This document shows positions 11,011-20,184 of a stretch of 64,000 nucleotides of DNA, one piece after another. A program made the translations under genes and the position numbers. Positions within the stretch are counted from its first letter, which is position 1. Every line of letters starts with the position of its first letter. Below the pieces are notes generated by a model that saw nothing but the letters and a program-made list of their open reading frames with translations, did no database searches and had not been told where the DNA came from. Source of the DNA: Elusimicrobiota bacterium (lineage in GTDB: Bacteria > Elusimicrobiota > Elusimicrobia > UBA1565 > UBA9628); NCBI GenBank assembly GCA_003151975.1, contig PLZD01000031.1, forward strand, positions 6,571 through 70,570, read 5' to 3'.

Positions 11011-11225
11011 AAAAAATTCTGCTCGCGCTGATTCGACTTTATCAGTTCGCGTTAAGACCCATCCTTCCGCCGCGCTGCCGTTTCTACCCCAGCTGTTCCG
11101 ACTACGCCGCGCAAGCGGTTTCTGAATACGGCGCGTTCAAAGGAACGCGCTTGGCGCTAGCGCGCCTTCTCTGCTGTCATCCCTTTAATAGAGGCGGATA
11201 CGATCCCCTGATCAAGCATGGATAA
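11007..11225 (+). CDS. yidD: Membrane protein insertion efficiency factor YidD
   Basis: LIRLYQFALRPILPPRCRFYPSCSDYA signature. Confidence 0.9.
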   Translation: MKKILLALIRLYQFALRPILPPRCRFYPSCSDYAAQAVSEYGAFKGTRLALARLLCCHPFNRGGYDPLIKHG

Positions 11226-12795
11226 AAATCTTCTACTCGCAGTCTCACTCTCTCTCGCCGTCTACGCGGTCTGGTTCGGACTCATCGAGAAACGCGTCAT
11301 GCCGCCGGGCACCCAGACGCAAGCCAACGAGATCGCAGGCAGCCTCCACGGCGCGACGCCGGATGCCGGCGTGGGAGTGGCTCCCGCGCGCAAGTCTCTA
11401 GCCCAAGGCGTCGAGGCGACGCCGACCATGGATAAGGAAACCGCCCTCAAGTCCGCCGAGTCCGCGCAATTCGGAAAGGCGCAGGCCCTGATCGGCGCGA
11501 AGGGCGCGGGCGTCGTCAGCTGGAAGGAGACCGAGGCGCTCGGCGTCGTCGAACTCGTCGCCGACCCGCGGCCGGGCTTCTTTTCCACATTCCCCGACCT
11601 CACTTTCAACCGCGACAAGAACGCCGAAGGACTCGTCTACAAGTCCATGCTCGTCGACGGCACGACGGTCAAGAAAGAGTTCGTGCCCGAAGGCCCCAAT
11701 TCCCTGCCGCGCCTCAAGATCACCATCGAGAACCCGACCGCGCAGACTATCAACAGCGGCGCGTGGACGCTCGCTATCGGCCCGGGCCTCGGCACCATCG
11801 AGACCGAGAAAGTGGAAAACGCCAAGATCATGCGCGCCGTCGGCCTACTCGACGGTAAAAAGAAGGCCGACACGATCAAGCCGGGCGCGCACAACGAGAA
11901 CTACCGCTGGGTCGGAGTGGACAACCGCTATTTCCTGGCCGCCGTCGTGCCCGCGGCGGGAGACTTCGACCACATCGACTCGTCGCTCGAGCTGATAGGG
12001 ACCGTCTCTTCGCCCAAAGTCGTGCTGACCGCGAAATCCGTCTCGATCGAGCCGCGCGGCTCGCACACCTGGGAAGTGCCGTACTACATCGGAGCCAAGG
12101 GCTTCCGGTGGCTGTCGCACTACAACGCCGACCTCGACCAGGCGATCAACTTCGGAGTCTTTCACCCGATCGGGCGGCTCGTGCTGAGCGTCCTGCTGAA
12201 ACTTCACGACTATCTCGGGAACTTCGGCTGGTCGATCATCATACTGACGATCATGCTGCAGGCCATGCTGTTCCCGTTCACCTATCAAAGCCTCAAGTCG
12301 ATGGCGAAGATGAAGCGCCTTCAGCCCGAGATCGCGCGCCTGCAGCAGCGCTACGCCAAGGACCAGACGCGCCTCTCGCAGGAGACGATGGAGCTCTACA
12401 AAAAGGAGGGCGCCAATCCCTTGGGCGGCTGTCTTCCCATGGTGATCCAGATGCCGGTCTTCTACGCGCTCTACACGGCCCTGCGCAACGCTTGGGAGCT
12501 GCACGGCGCGGCTTGGATCTTCTGGGTTCACGATCTCTCGGCGAAGGATCCGTTCTACGTCCTGCCGCTGATCATGGGCGGCGTCATGTTCCTGCAGAAT
12601 AAATTAAACTCCCAGCAGGCGGCCGATCCCGCGCAGGCGCAAATGATGATGTGGATGCCCGTCATTTTCACTTTCATGTTTTTGAAGTTCCCGGCGGGCC
12701 TGGTGCTTTACTGGCTCACGAACAGCGTGGTCAGCACGACGCAGCAGATCGTCCTCAAGAATCACCTGAACCCGCCGGCCGTCGTTCGTCGCTGA
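11218..12795 (+). CDS. yidC: Membrane protein insertase YidC (long periplasmic-domain, diderm type)
   Basis: 525 aa. C-terminal 60-kDa insertase core: GWSIIILTIMLQAMLFP ... NPLGGCLPMVIQMPVFYALY. Confidence 0.95.
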   Translation: MDKNLLLAVSLSLAVYAVWFGLIEKRVMPPGTQTQANEIAGSLHGATPDAGVGVAPARKSLAQGVEATPTMDKETALKSAESAQFGKAQALIGAKGAGVVSWKETEALGVVELVADPRPGFFSTFPDLTFNRDKNAEGLVYKSMLVDGTTVKKEFVPEGPNSLPRLKITIENPTAQTINSGAWTLAIGPGLGTIETEKVENAKIMRAVGLLDGKKKADTIKPGAHNENYRWVGVDNRYFLAAVVPAAGDFDHIDSSLELIGTVSSPKVVLTAKSVSIEPRGSHTWEVPYYIGAKGFRWLSHYNADLDQAINFGVFHPIGRLVLSVLLKLHDYLGNFGWSIIILTIMLQAMLFPFTYQSLKSMAKMKRLQPEIARLQQRYAKDQTRLSQETMELYKKEGANPLGGCLPMVIQMPVFYALYTALRNAWELHGAAWIFWVHDLSAKDPFYVLPLIMGGVMFLQNKLNSQQAADPAQAQMMMWMPVIFTFMFLKFPAGLVLYWLTNSVVSTTQQIVLKNHLNPPAVVRR

Positions 12796-12825
12796 AGAAA
12801 TTTATTGCCGTCACGGAGGTGTGCG

Positions 12826-13785
12826 ATGGAAGGCATTGAAAGCGAAGGAAAGAGCGTGTCCGAGGCCGTCGAGGCCGCTCTCAAGAAGCTAGGCGTCAGA
12901 CGCGATCAGGTCGAAGTTCAGATTCTTCAGGAAGCAAGCGGCGGATTCATGGGCATCGGATCCAAGCCCGCCCGGGTCAAGATCACGCAGAAGCATTGGG
13001 GCGAGCCCACGCCAACCAACTTGCCGCCAAAGCCCTCGCCCCGCGCGGAGCGCCGCGTGCAGAATTCCGGGCCTCGCCGCGGACAGCCCGAGCGACGCGG
13101 TTCGGCGCCCCAGCCGCGTCACGAGAGTCCCCGGCCCGCGCCGAAGTCCTCGCCCAAGCCCGCCAGACCCGAGTCCCGGCCCGAACCGCGGCACGATCCC
13201 AAGCCTGAGCCGCGCCACGAGCCCAAGCACGAGCCGCGCCACGAACCGAGGCAAGAGCCGCGCCACGAACCCCGGCACGAGCCGCGCCGTGAGCCGCGGC
13301 CCGAAGCAGCGCCCGTCGACAGCAAAGCCGCCTGCCGCGAGTCGGAGGCCCTGCTCAAGGAACTCTTGAAGACCATGCAGTTCGACAGCGGCACGCTGAC
13401 CATCACCTGGGACGAGAAGCAAGAGCGCGTGAAGGCTCTGCTCGAATCCCAGGACGCCGAGTTTCTGATCGGCCAAGACGGCAAGGGCCTCGAGTCCTTC
13501 CAGTTCATCGCGACGCTCATGCTCAGCCGCCGGCTGGGCACGCCCGCGGCCGTGCAGGTCGAGACGCTCGGCTACTGGGAAAAGCGCGAGGCCGACATTC
13601 TCGGCCAAGCGCAGAAAGGCATCGAGGAGGTCAAGCGCACCGGCAAGTCGTTCCGGCTGCAGCCCATGGACCCCGCGATGCGGCGCCTGATCCACCGCAA
13701 CCTGCAGGATCATCCGGACGTCGAGACGGCGTCCGAGGGCGAGGGAAGCTGGCGCAAGATCGTCATCCGGCCGCGCCGAAAATAA
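12826..13785 (+). CDS. jag: Jag/KhpB-type RNA-binding protein (Jag_N + KH + R3H) with a repetitive Pro/Arg/Glu/His-rich linker
   Basis: Start at MEGIESEGKSVSEAVEAALKKLGV with GGAGG 6 nt upstream. The C-terminus has the R3H-type motif PMDPAMRRLIHRNLQD. Position is directly downstream of yidC. Confidence 0.85.
   Translation: MEGIESEGKSVSEAVEAALKKLGVRRDQVEVQILQEASGGFMGIGSKPARVKITQKHWGEPTPTNLPPKPSPRAERRVQNSGPRRGQPERRGSAPQPRHESPRPAPKSSPKPARPESRPEPRHDPKPEPRHEPKHEPRHEPRQEPRHEPRHEPRREPRPEAAPVDSKAACRESEALLKELLKTMQFDSGTLTITWDEKQERVKALLESQDAEFLIGQDGKGLESFQFIATLMLSRRLGTPAAVQVETLGYWEKREADILGQAQKGIEEVKRTGKSFRLQPMDPAMRRLIHRNLQDHPDVETASEGEGSWRKIVIRPRRK
13183..13302 (+). repeat. Five tandem 24-nt in-frame repeats (consensus gagccgcgccacgaaccNaggcaN) encoding (EPRHEPxx)n inside jag
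   Basis: Copies at 13183, 13207, 13231, 13255 and 13279, read directly. The protein reads PEPRHDPKPEPRHEPKHEPRHEPRQEPRHEPRHEPRREPRP. Confidence 0.85.
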
Positions 13786-13787
13786 CC

Positions 13788-15125
13788 GTGCGCGAGACGA
13801 TCGTCGGGGTGGCGACCCCGCCGGGCGACGGCGCTCTGGGCGTTCTGCGCCTGAGCGGAGCCGGGGCGCTGAGCGCCGCGGGGGGATTTATTTCTCCCGG
13901 CGGGCTCGAGCCGCGGAGAGCCACAAAAGTCCTCGCGAACAGCGCGGGCGAGTCCATCGACGAGTGCGTCGCCGTTTATTTTCCCGCGGCCGGCAGCCCG
14001 ACGGGCGAGGACCTCGTCGAGATTTGCTGCCACGGCTCGCCGTACATCGTCGAGCGGCTCGTCTCCGCCGCGCTGAATTGCGGCGCGCGCCAGGCGATGC
14101 CGGGAGAATTCACCGAGCGCGCCTTCTTGAACGGCAAAATGGACTTGGCGCAAGCCGAGGCCGTCTGCGATCTGATCGCGGCGCGCACCCAGGAGTCGCA
14201 CAAGGCGGCGCTTTCTCAGCTGGCGGGGGGACTCTCCAAGGAAATCGCGCGGCTGCGCGAGGCCATCCTCGAATTGCTCGTTCGCATCGAGGCGAACCTC
14301 GATCATCCCGAGGAAGATATCCCATCGATGTCCGCGGAAGAATTCGCGAAGTCCTGCGCGCGCTGCGCGGAAGGAATTTCTCGGCTCGCGTCGACGCATC
14401 AAAGAGGACGGCTCGTCCACGGCGGCGCTAAGATCGCCATCGTGGGCCGCCCCAACGCCGGCAAGTCGAGCCTGCTCAACGCCTTGCTCGGCCGCGACCG
14501 CGCCATCGTCTGCCCCGAGCCCGGCACGACGCGCGACACGCTGGAAGAGCCGGCCGACCTCAAGGGTCTGCGCGCCGTCTTGATCGACACGGCGGGCCTG
14601 CGCGACGACGCGCACGACGCCGCGGAGAAGATCGGCATCGAGCGCGCCGAGCGAGCGCTCGAAGCCGCCGATTTCGCCTTGCTCGTGATCGACGGTTCCC
14701 GCGAGGTCTCCGATGAGGACCGCCGCCTGCACGACCGCATCGTCAGGCGGGGCCGCGGATTGCTTTCCGTGCTCAGCAAGTCGGACTTGGGATCGCGCGG
14801 CGGAGATTTTCCGCAAGACTCGATCCGCGTTTCCTCGATCAGCGGCGAAGGCCTCGAGCTCTTGACCGCGAAGATCAAGCACGCGCTCGGCGCGAAGGAA
14901 GCGCGCGAGCCCATTCTCGTCACTTCCGTCCGCCATCACCAAGCGCTGCTGCGCGCACGCTCGGAAATCGAGGAAGCCGCGAACACCGCCGCGGAGAGCC
15001 GTTGGGAAGACCGCGCCGCCAGCCGCCTGCGCCAGTCCCTGCGCGCTCTCGACGAGATCACGGGCCCGGCCGCCGGCGACGAGGTGCTGGCCCAAATATT
15101 TTCAAAGTTCTGCGTCGGTAAATGA
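13788..15125 (+). CDS. mnmE: tRNA modification GTPase MnmE
   Basis: GRPNAGKSSLLNAL P-loop, DTAGLR, and the C-terminal FCVGK motif. Confidence 0.95.
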   Translation: MRETIVGVATPPGDGALGVLRLSGAGALSAAGGFISPGGLEPRRATKVLANSAGESIDECVAVYFPAAGSPTGEDLVEICCHGSPYIVERLVSAALNCGARQAMPGEFTERAFLNGKMDLAQAEAVCDLIAARTQESHKAALSQLAGGLSKEIARLREAILELLVRIEANLDHPEEDIPSMSAEEFAKSCARCAEGISRLASTHQRGRLVHGGAKIAIVGRPNAGKSSLLNALLGRDRAIVCPEPGTTRDTLEEPADLKGLRAVLIDTAGLRDDAHDAAEKIGIERAERALEAADFALLVIDGSREVSDEDRRLHDRIVRRGRGLLSVLSKSDLGSRGGDFPQDSIRVSSISGEGLELLTAKIKHALGAKEAREPILVTSVRHHQALLRARSEIEEAANTAAESRWEDRAASRLRQSLRALDEITGPAAGDEVLAQIFSKFCVGK

Positions 15126-15135
15126 GGTGCCTGAC

Positions 15136-15468
15136 ATGACGACCAAAAAGACGAAGAAATCCGCCCTCCCGGTGGTCCCCAAGACCCCGATCAAAGACAT
15201 CACTCCCGAGCAGCAAATCGTCGGCGCCGTGTTCTTGGGCAAGGTGCAGGACTATCTCTCGAAATTGGGCGTCGCGACGCTCGTGCTCGAGGCGCCGCTG
15301 GCCGTCGGCGACGCGATTCGCGTCAAAGGACACACGACCGACCTCACGCAGAAAGTCGATCACATCGAGGTCGAGCACAAGAGCGTGCCCAACGCGACCC
15401 CCGGCGACGGCGTGGGCCTTAAGCTCGCCGACAAAGTGCGCATCGGAGACGCGGTATACAAGATCTAG
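15136..15468 (+). CDS. Small stand-alone EF-Tu domain-II-like beta-barrel protein
   Basis: LAVGDAIRVKGHTTDLTQKVDHIEVEHKSVPNATPGDGVGLKL...IGDAVY resembles translation-factor domain 2. ATG at 15136 is preceded by GAGGTG. Confidence 0.55.
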   Translation: MTTKKTKKSALPVVPKTPIKDITPEQQIVGAVFLGKVQDYLSKLGVATLVLEAPLAVGDAIRVKGHTTDLTQKVDHIEVEHKSVPNATPGDGVGLKLADKVRIGDAVYKI

Positions 15469-15542
15469 ACTCTCGACGCACGGCGCGCTGGGTCCTGGGC
15501 CTGCTGCTCACCGTCAACCTGGTCAACTACCTCGACCGGCAG

Positions 15543-16682
15543 GTGCTTTACTCCTTGCTGCCGATGATCCAGCCCGAGCTCGGCATCAAGGACTTCCAGG
15601 CTGGAAGACTGGCCTCGGCCTTCATGATCGTCTACATGCTGGCCGCGCCCCCGATCGGCTACTGGGCCGATAAGCACGGCCGGAAATTTTGGATCACGCT
15701 CGGCGTCGCGCTCTGGAGCGTGGCCACGATGGCGTCGGGCATGGCAGTGACTTTCACGACGCTCTTCATGGCCCGCGCCGCGGTGGGCATCGGAGAGTCG
15801 TGCTACGGCGCGATCTCGCCCTCGTTTGTCGCCGAGCACTACCCCTCCGAAAAGCGCGGCTCCGTGCTGGCGCTCTTCTCGATGGCGATCCCCGTGGGAA
15901 GCGCGTTGGGCTACATCATCGGCGGCAACGTGGGGCAGATTTTCGGCTGGCGCAAGGCGTTCTACATCGTCGGCCTTCCCGGTCTGCTTCTGGCCTTCTT
16001 GACCTCGCGCCTCAAGGAGCCGCGCGTCACGATCGAATCGGTGCCGCACTCGGCCTTTTTCTCGTACCGCGCCCTCTTCGACATTCCCAGCTTCACGCTC
16101 GTGACGCTGGCCTTGGCCGCCATGACCTTCTCGTTGGGCGGCTACGCGGTCTGGATGCCGAGCTTTTTTCATAGAACCTGGGGAATGGACATCGGCAAAG
16201 CCGGCACGATTTTCGGCGGCATCACGGTCGTCTCGGGATTTTTGGGCAGCCTCCTCGGCGGCTGGCTCGCGGATTGGGCGCTGCGCTTCAACTCTCGCGC
16301 TCATTTCCTCGTCTCGGGCGCGGGGCTGGTGATCGGCATGCCGCTGGCCATGGCGGCCCTGCAATTTTCCGACTTCAAGACCTCCGCCTTCTTCCTTTTT
16401 CTCGCCGAATTTTTCTTGTTCCTCAACATGGGTCCACTGAACGCCGTCATCGTGAGCGTGACGGAACTAAAATCCCGCTCGATGGCCTTCGCGGCCAATA
16501 TTTTTGTCCTGCACGCTTTGGGCGACGCGATCTCGCCGATGATCATCGGCGCGGCCTCGGACCGCTGGGGACTGCAGAAGGCCCTGCTCGGCGCGAGCCT
16601 GCCGCTCGGTCTGGCCGGCGCGCTCTGCTTCTGGGGCATGGCGCACTACGACCGCGACGCTCGGAAGGTGGTTCATGCTTAA
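15543..16682 (+). CDS. MFS transporter (Spinster-like). The annotated start is the first canonical start codon, but the true N-terminus probably lies upstream.
   Basis: Multi-TM with MFS motifs (GYWADKHGRK). The in-frame upstream codons encode WVLGLLLTVNLVNYLDRQ, which is typical of MFS TM1, with no ATG/GTG/TTG among them. Confidence 0.8.
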   Translation: MLYSLLPMIQPELGIKDFQAGRLASAFMIVYMLAAPPIGYWADKHGRKFWITLGVALWSVATMASGMAVTFTTLFMARAAVGIGESCYGAISPSFVAEHYPSEKRGSVLALFSMAIPVGSALGYIIGGNVGQIFGWRKAFYIVGLPGLLLAFLTSRLKEPRVTIESVPHSAFFSYRALFDIPSFTLVTLALAAMTFSLGGYAVWMPSFFHRTWGMDIGKAGTIFGGITVVSGFLGSLLGGWLADWALRFNSRAHFLVSGAGLVIGMPLAMAALQFSDFKTSAFFLFLAEFFLFLNMGPLNAVIVSVTELKSRSMAFAANIFVLHALGDAISPMIIGAASDRWGLQKALLGASLPLGLAGALCFWGMAHYDRDARKVVHA

Positions 16683-17421
16683 GGCCGCGTGGCTGTTCAT
16701 CCGCTCGCCCTCGAAAGCGGCCAAGGCTCACTCCAAGGCCGCGCTCGACGGAAATTGCGCGTGGATCTATCTGATCTCCACGCTCGCCTTCATGCTGCTG
16801 TTCTGGCTCAAGCCCTTCGATTTCCCCGACCGCACGGCCCCGGTGCCCTTCGAGATGCAGGACCTCTCGTATTGGCTCAAGGCCGAGTTCTGGCAGCCCG
16901 TGCTCGAAGCCGGCTGGGTCGTCTTCCTGCTCGGCTTCATGAGCTTCTTCGCCGCGGGCTCGTGGCCCGTGCGCTTGGCCTCCGCCGTCGCGCTGACGGC
17001 CGCTCCAGGCGCGCTGATCGCGGCCTATGTCCAGTACAACGCGTTTCCCTACTGGGGCTTCGCGGCCGGCGCGGCGCTTTGGCTTCTGCCGTTTTATTTT
17101 CTGACGGCGCGCGCGGGCAAGTCCCAGTGGTGGCCGCTGATCAATTTCTCGATGGGCGTCAACGCGATCGGCTTGCCGATCGCGGCTTTGCTCGCGATCG
17201 CCGTGGCGCTCAACCAGGCCGACCTTTTTAAAGGCGTTCAGATCGCGGGTGGTTTGTGGCTTTTAGGCGCGATGATCATCGGCGTGCGAGAACTCTCGGG
17301 ACTGCGCTTGCCGCGCGCCTTCATGGCAGTCTTGCTTTCCGCCTTCGCGCAATTCGCGCTGGCGTTCTGCCTGCATTTCCTCGGCGCCAAGGGCGTCCTC
17401 AAAGCTCTTTTCTATGGGTGA
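16675..17421 (+). CDS. Integral membrane protein, function unknown
   Basis: 248 aa with about 6 hydrophobic segments. 8-nt overlaps with both neighbours. Confidence 0.6.
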   Translation: MLKAAWLFIRSPSKAAKAHSKAALDGNCAWIYLISTLAFMLLFWLKPFDFPDRTAPVPFEMQDLSYWLKAEFWQPVLEAGWVVFLLGFMSFFAAGSWPVRLASAVALTAAPGALIAAYVQYNAFPYWGFAAGAALWLLPFYFLTARAGKSQWWPLINFSMGVNAIGLPIAALLAIAVALNQADLFKGVQIAGGLWLLGAMIIGVRELSGLRLPRAFMAVLLSAFAQFALAFCLHFLGAKGVLKALFYG

Positions 17422-19132
17422 CGCGTACGACGTGATCGTCGTCGGCGCGGGCCACGCGGGCTGCGAAGCGGCGTTGGCCGCGGCGCGCATGGGCCGCAAG
17501 ACCTTGCTGCTGACGCAGAATCTCGACACGATCGCGGCCATGTCCTGCAATCCTTCGATCGGCGGCGTCGCCAAGGGCCAGCTCGTGCGCGAGGTCGACG
17601 CGCTCGGCGGCGAGATGGCCAAAAACACCGACAAGGCGGGCCTTCAGTTCAAGACTCTCAACCGCAGCAAGGGCCAGGCCGTGCACTCGCCGCGCGCGCA
17701 GTGCGACAAGAAGCTTTATCAGTATTCGATGAAGGAGACCGTCGAGTCGCAAGAGAATCTCGACGCGCGCCAAGACGAAGCCGCCGCGCTCTGGATCTCG
17801 GGCTCGCGCGTGCGCGGGATCGTTTCCAAGCGCGGCTTCCGCTACGAGGCCCGCGCCGTCGTGCTGACGACGGGGACCTTCCTCAACGGACTCGCGCACA
17901 TGGGCCTCGACACGTTCGCGGCGGGCCGCGCGGGAGATCCCCCGGCCGACCAGCTCTCCGGCAGCCTGCGCGAGCTGGGCTTCACCGTCGGGCGCATGAA
18001 GACGGGCACGCCGCCGCGGATCAATTCCCGCACGATCGATTTTTCCGCCTGCGAGCTCGACCCTAGCGACGAGCCGCCGATTCCTTTCTCGCATTTCACG
18101 GAACAGATCACCAACGAGCTGCTGCCCTGCCACATTACCTATACGAACCAAGCCACTCACAAAGTCATCCGCGAGAACCTCGACAGATCTCCTTTGTACA
18201 CCAACAAAATAAAATCCATCGGGCCGCGCTATTGCCCGTCGATCGAGGACAAGGTCGTGAAGTTCCCCGACAAAGAGCGACATCAGATCTTTCTCGAGCC
18301 CGAAGGCTACCGCACGCGCGAGGTCTACGTCAACGGCCTCTCGACGAGCCTGCCGGCCGACGCGCAGCTCGCCTTCGTGCGCTCGGTGCGCGGCCTCGAG
18401 AAAGCGGAAATCATGCGCTTCGGCTACGCGATCGAATATGATTTCTGCCCGCCCACTCAGCTCCACGAGACGCTCGAGACCAAGCTCGTGGCCGGCCTCT
18501 ATTTCGCGGGCCAGCTCAACGGCACGACGGGCTACGAGGAAGCCGCCGCCCAGGGCTTCATCGCGGGCGTCAACGCCGCGCTCGGCGTTATGAAGGAAGC
18601 TCCGCTGATCCTCGCGCGCGACCAAGCCTACATCGGCGTGCTCATCGACGATCTCGTGACCAAAGGAGTGGATGAGCCCTACCGGATGTTCACCTCGCGC
18701 GCCGAGTACCGGATGTCCCTGCGCTCCGACAATGCGGACCTGCGCCTCATGGAGCTGGGCCGGGGCCTCGGGCTGATCTCCGAGGAGATGATTTCCCGAT
18801 TCCGCCGCTACCAAGGGCTCGTCGGCGGAGAGGGGGAACTCCCGGACGAAGCGCTTTCCCCGTGGTCCATGGACAAGGTCCGCGCCCAGCGCGAGGTCCA
18901 AACCTCCTACGCCGGCTACGTCATGCGCGAGCGCCAAGCCGCCGAACGCTTGAGGTCATGGGAAGAGGTTGCGATTCCCGACGATCTTGATTTTTTCGCG
19001 GTTCCCTCGCTCCCCGCCGAGGCGCGCCAGAAGTTGACGAAGATTCGGCCGCGCACGCTCGGCCAGGCGGGCCGCATCCCGGGGATCACCCCGGCCGACG
19101 TGCAAATCCTGCATGTGAGCTCAAAACGATGA
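17414..19132 (+). CDS. mnmG: tRNA uridine 5-carboxymethylaminomethyl modification enzyme MnmG (GidA)
   Basis: YDVIVVGAGHAGCEAALAAARMG FAD motif and SCNPSIGG. At 572 aa it is somewhat shorter at the C-terminus than typical GidA. Confidence 0.95.
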   Translation: MGDAYDVIVVGAGHAGCEAALAAARMGRKTLLLTQNLDTIAAMSCNPSIGGVAKGQLVREVDALGGEMAKNTDKAGLQFKTLNRSKGQAVHSPRAQCDKKLYQYSMKETVESQENLDARQDEAAALWISGSRVRGIVSKRGFRYEARAVVLTTGTFLNGLAHMGLDTFAAGRAGDPPADQLSGSLRELGFTVGRMKTGTPPRINSRTIDFSACELDPSDEPPIPFSHFTEQITNELLPCHITYTNQATHKVIRENLDRSPLYTNKIKSIGPRYCPSIEDKVVKFPDKERHQIFLEPEGYRTREVYVNGLSTSLPADAQLAFVRSVRGLEKAEIMRFGYAIEYDFCPPTQLHETLETKLVAGLYFAGQLNGTTGYEEAAAQGFIAGVNAALGVMKEAPLILARDQAYIGVLIDDLVTKGVDEPYRMFTSRAEYRMSLRSDNADLRLMELGRGLGLISEEMISRFRRYQGLVGGEGELPDEALSPWSMDKVRAQREVQTSYAGYVMRERQAAERLRSWEEVAIPDDLDFFAVPSLPAEARQKLTKIRPRTLGQAGRIPGITPADVQILHVSSKR

Positions 19133-20184
19133 GAACGTTGCTCCTTCTGATTCTCTGCGCGGTCTCGGCCTCCGCCGAAGGAGCCTGGAACTTCGCGGTC
19201 TCGGGCGACTCGCGCAATTGCGGCGACGTCGTCATGCCCGCCATCGCCAAGAAGGCGGCCGCTAAATCCGCGGCGTTCTATTGGCACCTCGGCGACCTTC
19301 GCGCGACGTACAAGATCGACGAGGACATCGCGCGGCGGAATGATCAGCTCGCCTCGCCGCTCTCGACCGAGGCTTACCACGCCATGGAGTGGACGGACTT
19401 CATCGAGCATGAGATCAAGCCCTTCGCCATGCCCTTCTTCGTCGGCATCGGCAACCACGAGCTCATCCCGCCGAAGTCTCGCGAGGATTTCGTTTCGACC
19501 TTCTCCCAGTGGCTCGACGCTCCCGTCCTGAAGGATCAACGGCTGCGCGACGATCCCAAAAGCGACGCATCCCGGACCTACTATCACTGGAACAAGAACG
19601 GAATCGACTTTATCTTCCTCGACAACGCCAGCGCCGAGCAGTTCGACTCGGCCCAGTTGAGCTGGTTTGAAGGAGTGCTTGCGCGCGACGAGGCCGACGC
19701 CGCGATCAAGACCGTCGTCGTGGGCATGCACGAAGCCCTGCCGCAGAGCATCTCGTCGAACCACAGCATGGACCAAAGCGAGACGGGCGAGACGACGGGC
19801 CTGCGCGTTTACGCCGATCTTTTGGCCGCGCAGAACAAATTCTACAAGCGCGTGTACGTGCTGGCGAGCCATTCGCACTTCTTCATGAACGGAATCTTCA
19901 AGACGAAATATTGGCGCGAGCACGGCGGCGTCCTGCCCGGCTGGATCGTCGGCACGGCGGGCGCTGTGCGCTACCGGCTGCCGCCCGGGAGCAAATTCGC
20001 CAAGAAGGCCCAGACCGACGTCTACGGCTATCTTCTCGGGCGCGCCGAGCCGTCGGGCAAGATCGATTTCGAGTTCCAGCCGGTCGCCGAAACCGACATC
20101 CCGGACATCGTCGCGGCGCAGTACGAGCCCGGTCTTGTGCACTGGTGCTTCGCCGAAAATACGGACATCCCCACGCTCCAATGA
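19129..20184 (+). CDS. Secreted metallophosphoesterase (calcineurin-like)
   Basis: Signal peptide; [11 protein letters not shown] and GNHE motifs. Confidence 0.8.
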   Translation: MRTLLLLILCAVSASAEGAWNFAVSGDSRNCGDVVMPAIAKKAAAKSAAFYWHLGDLRATYKIDEDIARRNDQLASPLSTEAYHAMEWTDFIEHEIKPFAMPFFVGIGNHELIPPKSREDFVSTFSQWLDAPVLKDQRLRDDPKSDASRTYYHWNKNGIDFIFLDNASAEQFDSAQLSWFEGVLARDEADAAIKTVVVGMHEALPQSISSNHSMDQSETGETTGLRVYADLLAAQNKFYKRVYVLASHSHFFMNGIFKTKYWREHGGVLPGWIVGTAGAVRYRLPPGSKFAKKAQTDVYGYLLGRAEPSGKIDFEFQPVAETDIPDIVAAQYEPGLVHWCFAENTDIPTLQ

